64,000 nucleotides of DNA. Source: Solobacterium sp. Its GTDB lineage: Bacteria > Bacillota_I > Bacilli_A > Erysipelotrichales > Erysipelotrichaceae. The notes under the pieces were generated by a model. It worked only from the letters and a program-made list of their open reading frames with translations, was not told where the DNA came from and did no database searches. The translations under genes and the position numbers were made by a program. Shown piece by piece: positions 1-9,156 of the stretch (position 1 is the first letter of the stretch; every line of letters starts with the position of its first letter). The DNA lies in NCBI GenBank assembly GCA_017432325.1, contig JAFRJJ010000072.1:2117-66116 (forward strand), given 5' to 3'.

Positions 1-1
1 C

Positions 2-1543
2 GGTACAAGCACTGCAGCTGCTACAGCAGAAGCTGAAGTGCCGCAGGAAAAGGTAATCAAGATCGCCACGACATCTGATCCCGGTTCACTAGGTGCATTT
101 GACGAAGGTTCTTCTTCCGGCAGATGGACAGTTCTTGCATATACATACGAGAACCTGATCTATCAGGGAACCGATGGTCAGTATCATCCCTGGCTGGCTA
201 AATCATGGACGAAGAACGAAGCCGAATCCACACCGACACACGTCGTTTACGATGTCGAACTGTTTGACTATATAACTGACTTCAACGGCAATAATATTAC
301 CGCCGATGATGTAGTGTTCAGTTTCAATGAATGTCTGACAAATGGTACGGGCAACCAGCATACAGCTCTGACAGGCAACCTGGATTCAATTGAAAAAACA
401 GGCGACTATACATTCAAACTTGCTGTCAACAGTGAAGCTGCAGGCGGTCTGGAACAGATGATGACCCAGGTCATGATCGTATCCCAGAAGGAATATGAAG
501 GAAGCGGTGACTGCATGCGTTCCAACCCGATCGGAACGGGTGCATATAAAGTGGATTCCTGGACAACAGGCTCATCCATTATCCTGACAAAGAACGAAGA
601 TTACTGGCAGAAGGAAGAACTCCGCGGTGAAGTACAGAAACAGAACGTTGACAGAATTGAATACTACTTTGTGACTGAATCCACACAGATGGCTATTGGT
701 CTCGAAACAGGTATCTATGATGTCGTTACAAACCTGAACTTCTCCAATGCATCAAGATTCATGGAAGGCGGCGAAAGCTCAGAAGGATTTACAGTTACAA
801 CACAGAGAGATACATATATCCAGCAGATGTGGGTAAACCGTTCCGAGGAAAGCCCTCTGCATGATCTCCGTATCGCTCAGGCGGTTCTGTATGCAATCGA
901 TATTGACGCTCTGATCACAGCTGTGGTTGAAGGACATGGAGAGCCCTGCTACTGCTATGGCAGCGATCTCAGTATCGGATTCCAGCCGAACTGGAAGACA
1001 GATGACTACTATCTCTATAACCTTCCTAAGGCAAAAGAACTCCTTAGCGAAGCAGGTGTAAAAGACGGTGATATCAGTCTGACGATCCTCTGCGATACAG
1101 ACGAAGTCAGATCCAAGATCGCCCAGGTCATCAAACTTATGCTGACTGAAATCGGCATCAATGCGGAAGTTACATCATTCGAACAGGCACTGTGGAATAC
1201 ATATCAGACAGACCCTACAAAGTTTGACCTGAATATTTCCTATAACGGTGCTACAGGATACATCACAAACACATGGAGACAGCTGGATTCCACACGTTAC
1301 GCAGAACATAATATGGCAATGGTACGTGACAATACGCTGGACAGCCTGATCCAGAAGGCATCTATCTCACAGGATGACGCAGACCTCGATGCAGCTAAAC
1401 AGTATATGACAGAGAATGCATACCATTATGCACTGTTCCACAAGGAACTGAACTTTGTCACAAACTCCAAACTCATTACGAAACCGCTGTTCAACCTTCG
1501 CGGCAACATCATTCCCGGCGCTTCTGAATACGTCTGGAACTGA
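2..1543 (+). CDS. ABC transporter substrate-binding protein, family 5 (OppA/DppA-like), 5'-truncated by window edge
   Basis: Frame is open from position 2 (GTSTAAATAEAEVPQEK). Motifs PWLAKSW, ITADDVVFS, PIGTGAYKVDSW; followed by oppBCDF-like genes. Confidence 0.9.
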   Translation, partial: GTSTAAATAEAEVPQEKVIKIATTSDPGSLGAFDEGSSSGRWTVLAYTYENLIYQGTDGQYHPWLAKSWTKNEAESTPTHVVYDVELFDYITDFNGNNITADDVVFSFNECLTNGTGNQHTALTGNLDSIEKTGDYTFKLAVNSEAAGGLEQMMTQVMIVSQKEYEGSGDCMRSNPIGTGAYKVDSWTTGSSIILTKNEDYWQKEELRGEVQKQNVDRIEYYFVTESTQMAIGLETGIYDVVTNLNFSNASRFMEGGESSEGFTVTTQRDTYIQQMWVNRSEESPLHDLRIAQAVLYAIDIDALITAVVEGHGEPCYCYGSDLSIGFQPNWKTDDYYLYNLPKAKELLSEAGVKDGDISLTILCDTDEVRSKIAQVIKLMLTEIGINAEVTSFEQALWNTYQTDPTKFDLNISYNGATGYITNTWRQLDSTRYAEHNMAMVRDNTLDSLIQKASISQDDADLDAAKQYMTENAYHYALFHKELNFVTNSKLITKPLFNLRGNIIPGASEYVWN

Positions 1544-1582
1544 TCCTACAACAGTATAAAAGTATCATTGATCTGATTTCTG

Positions 1583-1619
1583 ACAGGGCAGTGTCTGCCA
1601 GCTACAGACACTGCCCTGT
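1583..1619 (+). other. Perfect 15-bp intercistronic hairpin between SBP gene and first permease (mRNA stabiliser or partial terminator)
   Basis: ACAGGGCAGTGTCTG-ccagcta-CAGACACTGCCCTGT; no strong U-tract. Confidence 0.7.
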
Positions 1620-1648
1620 ATTCAATCACATTCAAACGGAGGAATCAT

Positions 1649-2611
1649 ATGGGTAGATTTGTTTTAAAAAGAATACTGCAAATGATACCGGTATTGCTGA
1701 TGGTCGCTGTACTGATCTTTACCATTCTCTATTTTGTTCCGGGTGATCCTGCACAGATCATGCTTGGAAGCACAGCAACAAAATACGAGCTGGAACAGAT
1801 GAGGGAACAGCTCGGCTTGACAAGACCGTTCCTTGTTCAATTGGGAGATTTTCTGTATCAGACCTTTATCAAGTTTGATCTGGGCAAATCGTATTTAACA
1901 GGCGCCCCTGTAGGCACTGAAATCGCTGCGCGTCTGCCGAGGACGCTTATTCTCGGTGTTGCTTCAATGGTTCTTGCATTTGGAATCGGTATTCCTCTTG
2001 GAATAACTGCTGCAATACATCAGAACGGATGGGGTGATCGTATCAGTATGATCATTGCACTGCTTGGAGTATCTATTCCAACGTTCTGGCTGGCACTGAT
2101 GTTTGTACTCTTGTTTGCCTTAAAACTGCGATGGTTCCCTTCAAGTGGTATCGGAGGGTTTAAATACTATGTTCTGCCAACCGTTTCACTATGCTTCGGC
2201 GGCCTGGCAACACAGGCCCGACAATCGCGCTCAAGTATGCTTGAAGTCATCAGAGCGGACTATGTGGTGACTGCTCGTGCGAAAGGGTTGTCTGAGCGCG
2301 AAGTGATCATGCGTCATGCATTGCCGAACGCATTGAACCCGATCATAACACTGGCAGGAAACAATCTTGCTGTCATATTCGGCGGATCGATCGTCATTGA
2401 AAATGTATTCTCGTTCCCGGGGATCGGTCAGTATATGATCACTGCTATTAATCAACGAGATTATCCGATCGTCCGCGGATGCGTCGTAATGCTCGCAATC
2501 GTTTTCGCGGTCATCATGCTTCTGGTCGATATCGCATACGCTTTTAATGACCCGCGTATCAAAGCAAGATATGAAAACAGCGGCAGGAAGACAAAGGTGA
2601 AAAAAGCATGA
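1649..2611 (+). CDS. ABC transporter permease (OppB/DppB-like)
   Basis: PGDPA, DLGKS, EAA loop YVVTARAKGLSE, NQRDYPIV. Confidence 0.95.
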   Translation: MGRFVLKRILQMIPVLLMVAVLIFTILYFVPGDPAQIMLGSTATKYELEQMREQLGLTRPFLVQLGDFLYQTFIKFDLGKSYLTGAPVGTEIAARLPRTLILGVASMVLAFGIGIPLGITAAIHQNGWGDRISMIIALLGVSIPTFWLALMFVLLFALKLRWFPSSGIGGFKYYVLPTVSLCFGGLATQARQSRSSMLEVIRADYVVTARAKGLSEREVIMRHALPNALNPIITLAGNNLAVIFGGSIVIENVFSFPGIGQYMITAINQRDYPIVRGCVVMLAIVFAVIMLLVDIAYAFNDPRIKARYENSGRKTKVKKA

Positions 2612-3480
2612 CAGAGAAAAAGATGAAAAGAGGCTTTAAGGAAAGCAGGTTTGCTGTTTTCTGGAATCGCCTTAAGAGGAACCGCAATGCAATGATCGGT
2701 CTGTATGTGTTCCTGTTACTTGTTGTGCTGATTATTATTGTGCCGATCGTATCACCATATGACTATGCGAAATACGATATCATGTCGATCAGCCAGAAAC
2801 CTTCCCTGAAGCATCCGTTCGGTACGGATGATCTGGGAAGAGATCTTCTGACAAGATGTTTCTACGGCGGAAGGTATTCACTGTCCATCAGTCTTGCGGC
2901 GGTTCTGTTCTCGACATCTGTCGGCACGGTAATCGGCGCGATCACAGGATTCTTCGGCGGGAAGATCGACGCAGTAATCATGAGAATGCTTGATGTTATT
3001 CAGGCGATCCCTTCCACACTGCTGACGATCATTATCTCAGCCGCGTTGGGTGTAGGTATCGATAAGACGATCATAGCGATCTCGGTCGGATCGATTCCCG
3101 GAACGGTACGACTGCTGAGAGGCTCGGTCATGAGGACGCGCGAGGAACAGTATCTGGAAGCTGCCGAAGCGATCGGCTGCAGCACGACCAGACGTATCTG
3201 GAAATATGTCGTTCCCAACAGCTGGTCACCGCTGATCGTTTCTTCAACAATGGGCGTTGCGCGTACAATTCTGCAGCTTGCAGCGCTCAGCTATATCGGT
3301 TTGGGTGTCCAGCCTCCAACTCCTGAATGGGGTGCCATGTTGTCGGGTGCACGTGGATATCTGAGAGATTATCCTCATATGCTGATATTCCCGGGTCTTT
3401 TCATTGCCATCTCTGTCCTTTGCCTGAATATGTTCGGTGATGGACTGCGCGACGCACTTGATCCGAAACTGAAGGATTAG
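2608..3480 (+). CDS. ABC transporter permease (OppC/DppC-like)
   Basis: HPFGTDDLGRD, EAAEAIG, PPTPEWG, GDGLRDALDP; ATGA overlap with previous gene. Confidence 0.95.
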   Translation: MTEKKMKRGFKESRFAVFWNRLKRNRNAMIGLYVFLLLVVLIIIVPIVSPYDYAKYDIMSISQKPSLKHPFGTDDLGRDLLTRCFYGGRYSLSISLAAVLFSTSVGTVIGAITGFFGGKIDAVIMRMLDVIQAIPSTLLTIIISAALGVGIDKTIIAISVGSIPGTVRLLRGSVMRTREEQYLEAAEAIGCSTTRRIWKYVVPNSWSPLIVSSTMGVARTILQLAALSYIGLGVQPPTPEWGAMLSGARGYLRDYPHMLIFPGLFIAISVLCLNMFGDGLRDALDPKLKD

Positions 3481-3491
3481 GGAGAAAACAT

Positions 3492-4493
3492 ATGAACAGT
3501 GAAAAAGCATTTCTGAATATTGAAGATCTTGTTGTTGAATATGTCTCCGGCGGCAAAACTGTTCATGCCGTGAACGGCGTGACTTTTGACCTGGAAAAAG
3601 GAAAGACGCTCGGTCTGGTCGGAGAAACAGGAGCCGGGAAAACGACGATTGCAAAAGCAATCCTGAGACTTCTGCCTGAACCGCAGGCAACTGTGAAGAA
3701 CGGACGGATCATGCTTGACGGCGACGATCTGCTTACATTCCCGGAAACGAAGATGAGGAATGTCCGCGGTAATGTTGTCACGATGGTATTCCAGGATCCG
3801 ATGACGGCGCTGAACCCGATCATGAAAGTTGGTGACCAGATCGCGGAAGTCATCAAAAAACACCAGAAGCTTGAAAATAAAACATCCAGGGAACTGGCGC
3901 AGGAAATGCTGGAAATGGTAGGTATTCCTTCTGCCAGATACGACGAATATCCGCATCAGTTCTCCGGAGGCATGAAGCAGAGAGTTGTCATTGCTATGGC
4001 GCTTGCATGCAATCCGCAGCTTCTCCTGGCAGATGAACCTACTACAGCACTGGATGTAACGATCCAGGCTCAGGTCCTCGATATGATGGAAGACCTGAAA
4101 AACAAATATAATACGGCGATGATCCTGATCACGCATGATCTGGGTGTTGTCGGAAGGATGTGCGACGATGTTGCAGTCATTTATGCCGGGGAAGTTCTTG
4201 AATATGGAACAAGGAAAGAAATATTCCTTAATCCCTGCCATCCGTATACGATCGGTTTGTTCGGAGCGATCCCCGATCTGAGCGTCAGTACACGCAGGCT
4301 TGCAAATATCGAAGGACTGCCGCCTGATCCGACAAATCTGCCTGAAGGATGCTGCTTCAGTCCCAGATGCTCGTATGCTACGGATGAATGCAGGAAGAAT
4401 AAGCCGTCTTTGCAGAAAATCAATGATGATCATCTTTGCAGATGTCCTCTGGCGGAACAGATCCGCAGTGGGAAGAACGGTGGTGAGGTTTAG
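3492..4493 (+). CDS. ABC transporter ATP-binding protein (OppD-like)
   Basis: Walker A GETGAGKT, FSGGMKQR, ADEPTTALD, Cys-rich C-terminus. Confidence 0.95.
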   Translation: MNSEKAFLNIEDLVVEYVSGGKTVHAVNGVTFDLEKGKTLGLVGETGAGKTTIAKAILRLLPEPQATVKNGRIMLDGDDLLTFPETKMRNVRGNVVTMVFQDPMTALNPIMKVGDQIAEVIKKHQKLENKTSRELAQEMLEMVGIPSARYDEYPHQFSGGMKQRVVIAMALACNPQLLLADEPTTALDVTIQAQVLDMMEDLKNKYNTAMILITHDLGVVGRMCDDVAVIYAGEVLEYGTRKEIFLNPCHPYTIGLFGAIPDLSVSTRRLANIEGLPPDPTNLPEGCCFSPRCSYATDECRKNKPSLQKINDDHLCRCPLAEQIRSGKNGGEV

Positions 4494-4495
4494 TT

Positions 4496-5449
4496 ATGAC
4501 ATTGCTGGAAATCAAAAACCTGAAAAAGTATTTCCCGGGCAGCCGTGGTGTTGTTCATGCGGTCGATGACGTGACCATGTCCATCAATGAAGGCGAGACG
4601 ATGGGTGTTGTCGGTGAATCCGGATGCGGCAAGTCGACTCTCGGAAGAACAGTTATCCACCTGCAGCCTGCAACAGACGGAAATGTCATATTTGAGGGAA
4701 AGGATATTACAAATCCGACAAAACAGGAAATGAAAGAACTGCGTCAGAAGATGCAGATCATCTTCCAGGATCCGTATTCATCACTGAACCCCAGAATGAC
4801 GGTAGGTGATACGATCCGTGAACCACTTCTGCTGAACGGCAGATGTACAAAAGAAACAGTTGATGATGAATGTGAGCGTCTGATGGACCTAGTGGGTATT
4901 GCGCTGAGACTGAAAGACAGCTATCCGCATGAACTGGACGGAGGAAGAAGGCAGAGGGTCGGCATTGCCAGAGCACTGGCATTGAACCCTAAGTTCATCG
5001 TATGTGATGAACCGGTTTCTGCGATGGATGTCTCGATCCAGGCACAGATCCTGAATCTGCTGATGGACCTGCAGGAAAGTCAGAATCTTGCATATATGTT
5101 TATTACACACAACATGGCTGTTGTACGGCATATCTCAAAGAACATATCAGTCATGTATCTTGGTCAGCTGGTTGAGACCAGTCCGACAGATGAACTGTTT
5201 GAAACACCGCTGCATCCTTATACACAGGCACTGCTTTCTGCAATTCCTACAACGGATATCCTACATCCTAAGAAGAGGATCGTACTGAAAGGTGAGATCA
5301 CATCACCGATCGATCCGGAACCGGGATGCAGGTTTGCCGACAGATGTATGTACGCAACCGAAGCCTGCAGACAGCCGCAAAAACTGGAAGAACTGCTTCC
5401 CGGCCATTTTGTTTCCTGCTGCAGGGCAAAAGAACTGAATCATCTTTAA
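4496..5449 (+). CDS. ABC transporter ATP-binding protein (OppF-like)
   Basis: GESGCGKST, LDGGRRQR, CDEPVSAMD, HPYTQALL. Confidence 0.95.
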   Translation: MTLLEIKNLKKYFPGSRGVVHAVDDVTMSINEGETMGVVGESGCGKSTLGRTVIHLQPATDGNVIFEGKDITNPTKQEMKELRQKMQIIFQDPYSSLNPRMTVGDTIREPLLLNGRCTKETVDDECERLMDLVGIALRLKDSYPHELDGGRRQRVGIARALALNPKFIVCDEPVSAMDVSIQAQILNLLMDLQESQNLAYMFITHNMAVVRHISKNISVMYLGQLVETSPTDELFETPLHPYTQALLSAIPTTDILHPKKRIVLKGEITSPIDPEPGCRFADRCMYATEACRQPQKLEELLPGHFVSCCRAKELNHL

Positions 5450-5468
5450 CCGATGATGGAGTAGCAAC

Positions 5469-7247
5469 ATGAATAAGTATGAAAGTTTTCATTTCAGCGC
5501 ATTGAACAACAGATCAATGCTGATGCCGAGAATCAAAAGGGGAGAGCCTTTTGTCAGAAAAAACAGACTGGTCAATGCCTTTGAACCTGTACCGGAAGAA
5601 AAACTGATTCCAGAACATCCATACTGCCAGATCAACACCGGATTGACGGAAAAGACGATCGATATCAACGGTGAAGTGAGAAAATACAGCATTTATGTAC
5701 CTGAGGATATGCGCTCTAAAGGTGCCTGTGCCCTGGTCATGCCGGAAAACGGTGTCTCAGCGAAGGAATTCCTGGAAAGGGAAAACTGGAAAGAACTGTC
5801 GGAAAAAAACAAACTGGCATATATCATCCTGGAAGCTGAACAGTGGAACAAGGACAATGTGGAACAGGAGTTTGATTTTATCCAGACGGTCGTTGACTTG
5901 GAATTCCAGCAGAGAATGACAGTGGATATCTGTGAATCATATATCTATCCGATCGGACTGGGAGATGGGGCGTATGTGGCTTCCGCACTTGCTGCGGTAT
6001 ACAGCGCGACCTATCCCGCGTTTGCAGCGGATGGTGACTGCAACGTGGATCCGGAACTATTTGAAGTGCTGCGTAAACTTCCCGCGGATGGCATCGTTAC
6101 GATGATGAAGCCGGAGATTGCTATGCCGGGTTTCATGATCGACCGGAGCGGACGGGCAGATGCTGCGCAGAAATATTTCCTGGAGACCATCAGGGCGAAA
6201 GAGGAAGGTCTGCGCAATGAGTACGGCAGAGTATACCTTGAACATCCCAGGCGCGGCGCATGGTTTGTCAATGAGCAGCCGGTTGCACAGGTATGGCTTG
6301 CGAATGAAAACAGCGTTCAAGGAAAGAGCCGCGAAGAACTGAACGAGGCAATGGTGGGATTTGTCCTGCGCTTCTCAAGATGGGGCGGATTCGGAAACAA
6401 CCATCTGCGTCTGAAAAGGAGTCTTAAGGAAACCGGTGTGATCCGGGTGGAAAAAGAGATCGACGGGCTGCCCAGATACTGGGATGTGTTTGTTCCAAGC
6501 TGCTATCGTCCGGAAGAAGAAAAAGTGTATCCGCTGGTTGTGGCAATACATGGATTCTCCTGTAATTCGGAATACTTTGAAATGACCAGTGACTGGCAGA
6601 GACTTGCGGAAGAAAGAGGATTCTTTGTGGTATTCGCTTCTGCTTATCCGAGAAATATCGGCAGGGCAAGATTCCCAGTTCCGGGATGGAGCGTATGGCC
6701 GATGCTCCAGGAAGGAGTTGATGAAACGGTCTATTTTAAAGAACTGCTGGATACAACAATGCGAGATTACAGGATCGACCGTGAAAGAGTATATGCTGCT
6801 GGCCATTCAAACGGCGGACGCATGACGCAGACACTGATGAGAAAAATGCCGGAACGTTTCGCAGCATTCGGCCCTACCGGTTCACTTGCAGGAAGCTCTG
6901 CAGATACATTGGAGCCGATCGATGACAGCATTGACAGACCTGTATTCATCATGATGGGTGAATATGATATCGCCGATTCGGAACTGAAGGAAGGTACGGC
7001 TGCACGCGGGACTGTAGAACTCTACAGCAAAGCAAATCATGCGGCATTCAATGATACGAACTGGTATGACAATGGTAATTACCATACACTGGTTCTTTAC
7101 AATGACGACCATGTTCCGCTGGTGAACTACACGATCATGCGGGACTGCCCGCATACATATACCGGCGAGATGGCACAGATGACATGGGATCTGTTCTTCT
7201 GTCACTTCAGACGTTTTGCAGACGGAACAATAGAATACAAAGGTTAG
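5469..7247 (+). CDS. Two-domain LpqC/PHB-depolymerase-like esterase, paralog 1 (C-terminal domain active, N-terminal domain degenerate)
   Basis: C-domain: PLVVAIHG, AGHSNGG, PHTY. N-domain: RKYSIYVP and IGLGDGA at the nucleophile elbow. No signal peptide. Confidence 0.75.
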   Translation: MNKYESFHFSALNNRSMLMPRIKRGEPFVRKNRLVNAFEPVPEEKLIPEHPYCQINTGLTEKTIDINGEVRKYSIYVPEDMRSKGACALVMPENGVSAKEFLERENWKELSEKNKLAYIILEAEQWNKDNVEQEFDFIQTVVDLEFQQRMTVDICESYIYPIGLGDGAYVASALAAVYSATYPAFAADGDCNVDPELFEVLRKLPADGIVTMMKPEIAMPGFMIDRSGRADAAQKYFLETIRAKEEGLRNEYGRVYLEHPRRGAWFVNEQPVAQVWLANENSVQGKSREELNEAMVGFVLRFSRWGGFGNNHLRLKRSLKETGVIRVEKEIDGLPRYWDVFVPSCYRPEEEKVYPLVVAIHGFSCNSEYFEMTSDWQRLAEERGFFVVFASAYPRNIGRARFPVPGWSVWPMLQEGVDETVYFKELLDTTMRDYRIDRERVYAAGHSNGGRMTQTLMRKMPERFAAFGPTGSLAGSSADTLEPIDDSIDRPVFIMMGEYDIADSELKEGTAARGTVELYSKANHAAFNDTNWYDNGNYHTLVLYNDDHVPLVNYTIMRDCPHTYTGEMAQMTWDLFFCHFRRFADGTIEYKG

Positions 7248-7255
7248 GTATCATT

Positions 7256-9037
7256 ATGAGCAAATATACATGTTTTCACTTCAGCCCGCTGAACAACCGA
7301 TCCATGTTAATGCCCAGGGTTCCGAAAGGAACGATGCCTGAGCCAAGAAGACATTCAAATACACGTTATGAAAAGGTGGATCCTTCTTTGATCACAAATC
7401 CGTATGCACAGTTTAATACGGGACTGACAAAAAAGACGATCGAAGTGAACGGGGTTTTACGCAGCTACGGTATCTATGTACCGCAGGATATGCGGTCCAA
7501 AGGCGCATGTGCACTGATCGTTCCTGATGACGGGATCACAGCTGAAGCATTCCTGGAAACAGAAAACTGGAAAGAATTGTCTGAGAAAAACAAGCTGGCA
7601 TATATCATTTTTGAAGCAGACAGATGGGACAAGGATGATGTGGAGAAAGAGTTTGATTTCATACAGCAGACAGTATACATGGAGTTCGGCCAGAGATTGA
7701 CAGTGGATATCTGTGAATCATATATCTATCCGATAGGATTAGGCGATGGTGCATATGTTGCTGCTGCACTTGCACTGACATACAGTGCGGCATATCCTGC
7801 GTTTGCGGCAGATGGAGACTGCGGTGTCGATCCGGAACTGTTCGAAGTGCTGAGATCCCTGCCTTCAGATGGGATCGATACATGGAAGAAGCCGGAAATC
7901 GCAATGCCTGGATTTATCATTGACAGAAGCGGTCGTGCAGAAGCAACGAAACAGTACATGAAAGAGACGATCCGTGCGAAGGAAGAAGGGCTGAGAAATG
8001 AATACGGAGAAGTATATCTGGAACAGCCGAGAATCGGAGCATACTTTGTCAATGAACAGCCGATCTCCCAGGTCTGGCTGGCAGACGGGAAGAGCACGGA
8101 AGGTAAGAGCAGGAATGATCTGAATGAGGCAATGATCAGTTTTGTTCTCAGATTCTCAAGGTGGGGAGGATTCGGAAACAACCACCTGAGAGCTAAGAGA
8201 AGTCCTTCAGAGACGGGCGTAAAGCGTGTGGAAAAAGTGATCGATGGACTGCCGAGATACTGGGATGTGTATGTGCCGAGCTGCTACAGGGCAGATGAAG
8301 AGAAGGAATATCCGCTGGTGGTAGCGATACACGGGATGTCATGCAATTCTGAATACTTTGCTATGACGAGCGACTGGCACAGACTGGCGGAAGAAAGAGG
8401 ATTCTTTGTGGTATTCGCTTCTGCCTATCCGAGAAATGACGGCCTTGCCAGATTCCCCGTACCGCACTGGTCCTTGGGAAGTACGAGCCTGGGCGATGAT
8501 CTGACTGATCGTGAGCTGCTTTATTACGAAGAAATGCTGAACACGATGGAGCGCGATTACCATATTGACACAAAGAGGATCTACGCAGTAGGGCATTCAA
8601 ACGGTTCCCAGATGACTCAGGCACTGAGCAGACATATGCCGGAACGCTTTGCGGCATTCGGACCTACCGGTGCTTTGGGAGGATGGGATCCCAAGGATCT
8701 CAGAAGGGTTCCTGATAAGGTTGGTATTCCAATCTACTTCATGATGGCTGAATTTGATATTATGCCGACTGATTTTAGTGAAGGTGCGATCGCCAGAGAG
8801 ACTATCGAGAATTACTGCAGGGCGAATCATATGACAGGAAAGTATGATAACTGGTATGTGAACGGAAATTATCATACGCTTGTGATCTATAATGATGATC
8901 ATGTTCCGATGATCCGTTATACATTGATCAAAGGTTCTCCGCATACATATACTGCTGAAATGGCACAGCTGACATGGGATACATTCCTTTGCCACTTCTC
9001 AAGAGAGAAGGACGGTACAGTCGTCTATAAAGGATAA
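7256..9037 (+). CDS. Two-domain LpqC/PHB-depolymerase-like esterase, paralog 2
   Basis: Collinear paralog of 5469-7247 (GHSNGS, PHTY). Start moved to ATG 7256 (MSKYTCFHF) to match paralog 1 (MNKYESFHF). Confidence 0.75.
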   Translation: MSKYTCFHFSPLNNRSMLMPRVPKGTMPEPRRHSNTRYEKVDPSLITNPYAQFNTGLTKKTIEVNGVLRSYGIYVPQDMRSKGACALIVPDDGITAEAFLETENWKELSEKNKLAYIIFEADRWDKDDVEKEFDFIQQTVYMEFGQRLTVDICESYIYPIGLGDGAYVAAALALTYSAAYPAFAADGDCGVDPELFEVLRSLPSDGIDTWKKPEIAMPGFIIDRSGRAEATKQYMKETIRAKEEGLRNEYGEVYLEQPRIGAYFVNEQPISQVWLADGKSTEGKSRNDLNEAMISFVLRFSRWGGFGNNHLRAKRSPSETGVKRVEKVIDGLPRYWDVYVPSCYRADEEKEYPLVVAIHGMSCNSEYFAMTSDWHRLAEERGFFVVFASAYPRNDGLARFPVPHWSLGSTSLGDDLTDRELLYYEEMLNTMERDYHIDTKRIYAVGHSNGSQMTQALSRHMPERFAAFGPTGALGGWDPKDLRRVPDKVGIPIYFMMAEFDIMPTDFSEGAIARETIENYCRANHMTGKYDNWYVNGNYHTLVIYNDDHVPMIRYTLIKGSPHTYTAEMAQLTWDTFLCHFSREKDGTVVYKG

Positions 9038-9050
9038 TGTTTCCTTCCTG

Positions 9051-9087
9051 AACGAAAACGGGCTGCCGCAGGGCAGTCTTTCGTTTT
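9051..9087 (+). terminator. Rho-independent terminator closing the transporter-esterase operon
   Basis: GGCTGCC/GGCAGTC stem with flanking AACGAAA/TTTCGTT and a T-run. Confidence 0.65.
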
Positions 9088-9156
9088 CTATGCGGCATTG
9101 TGCCGGAAAGTGCGATAAGGTATATTTTGATTGGGTCCAAAAGAATAAAGGTTGTT

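Noticed and set aside
7184-7255. Longer N-terminus for esterase 2 given in the ORF track
   Set aside because: It overlaps the end of paralog 1; the paralog alignment supports ATG 7256. Several other starts were trimmed the same way using RBS position and homology.
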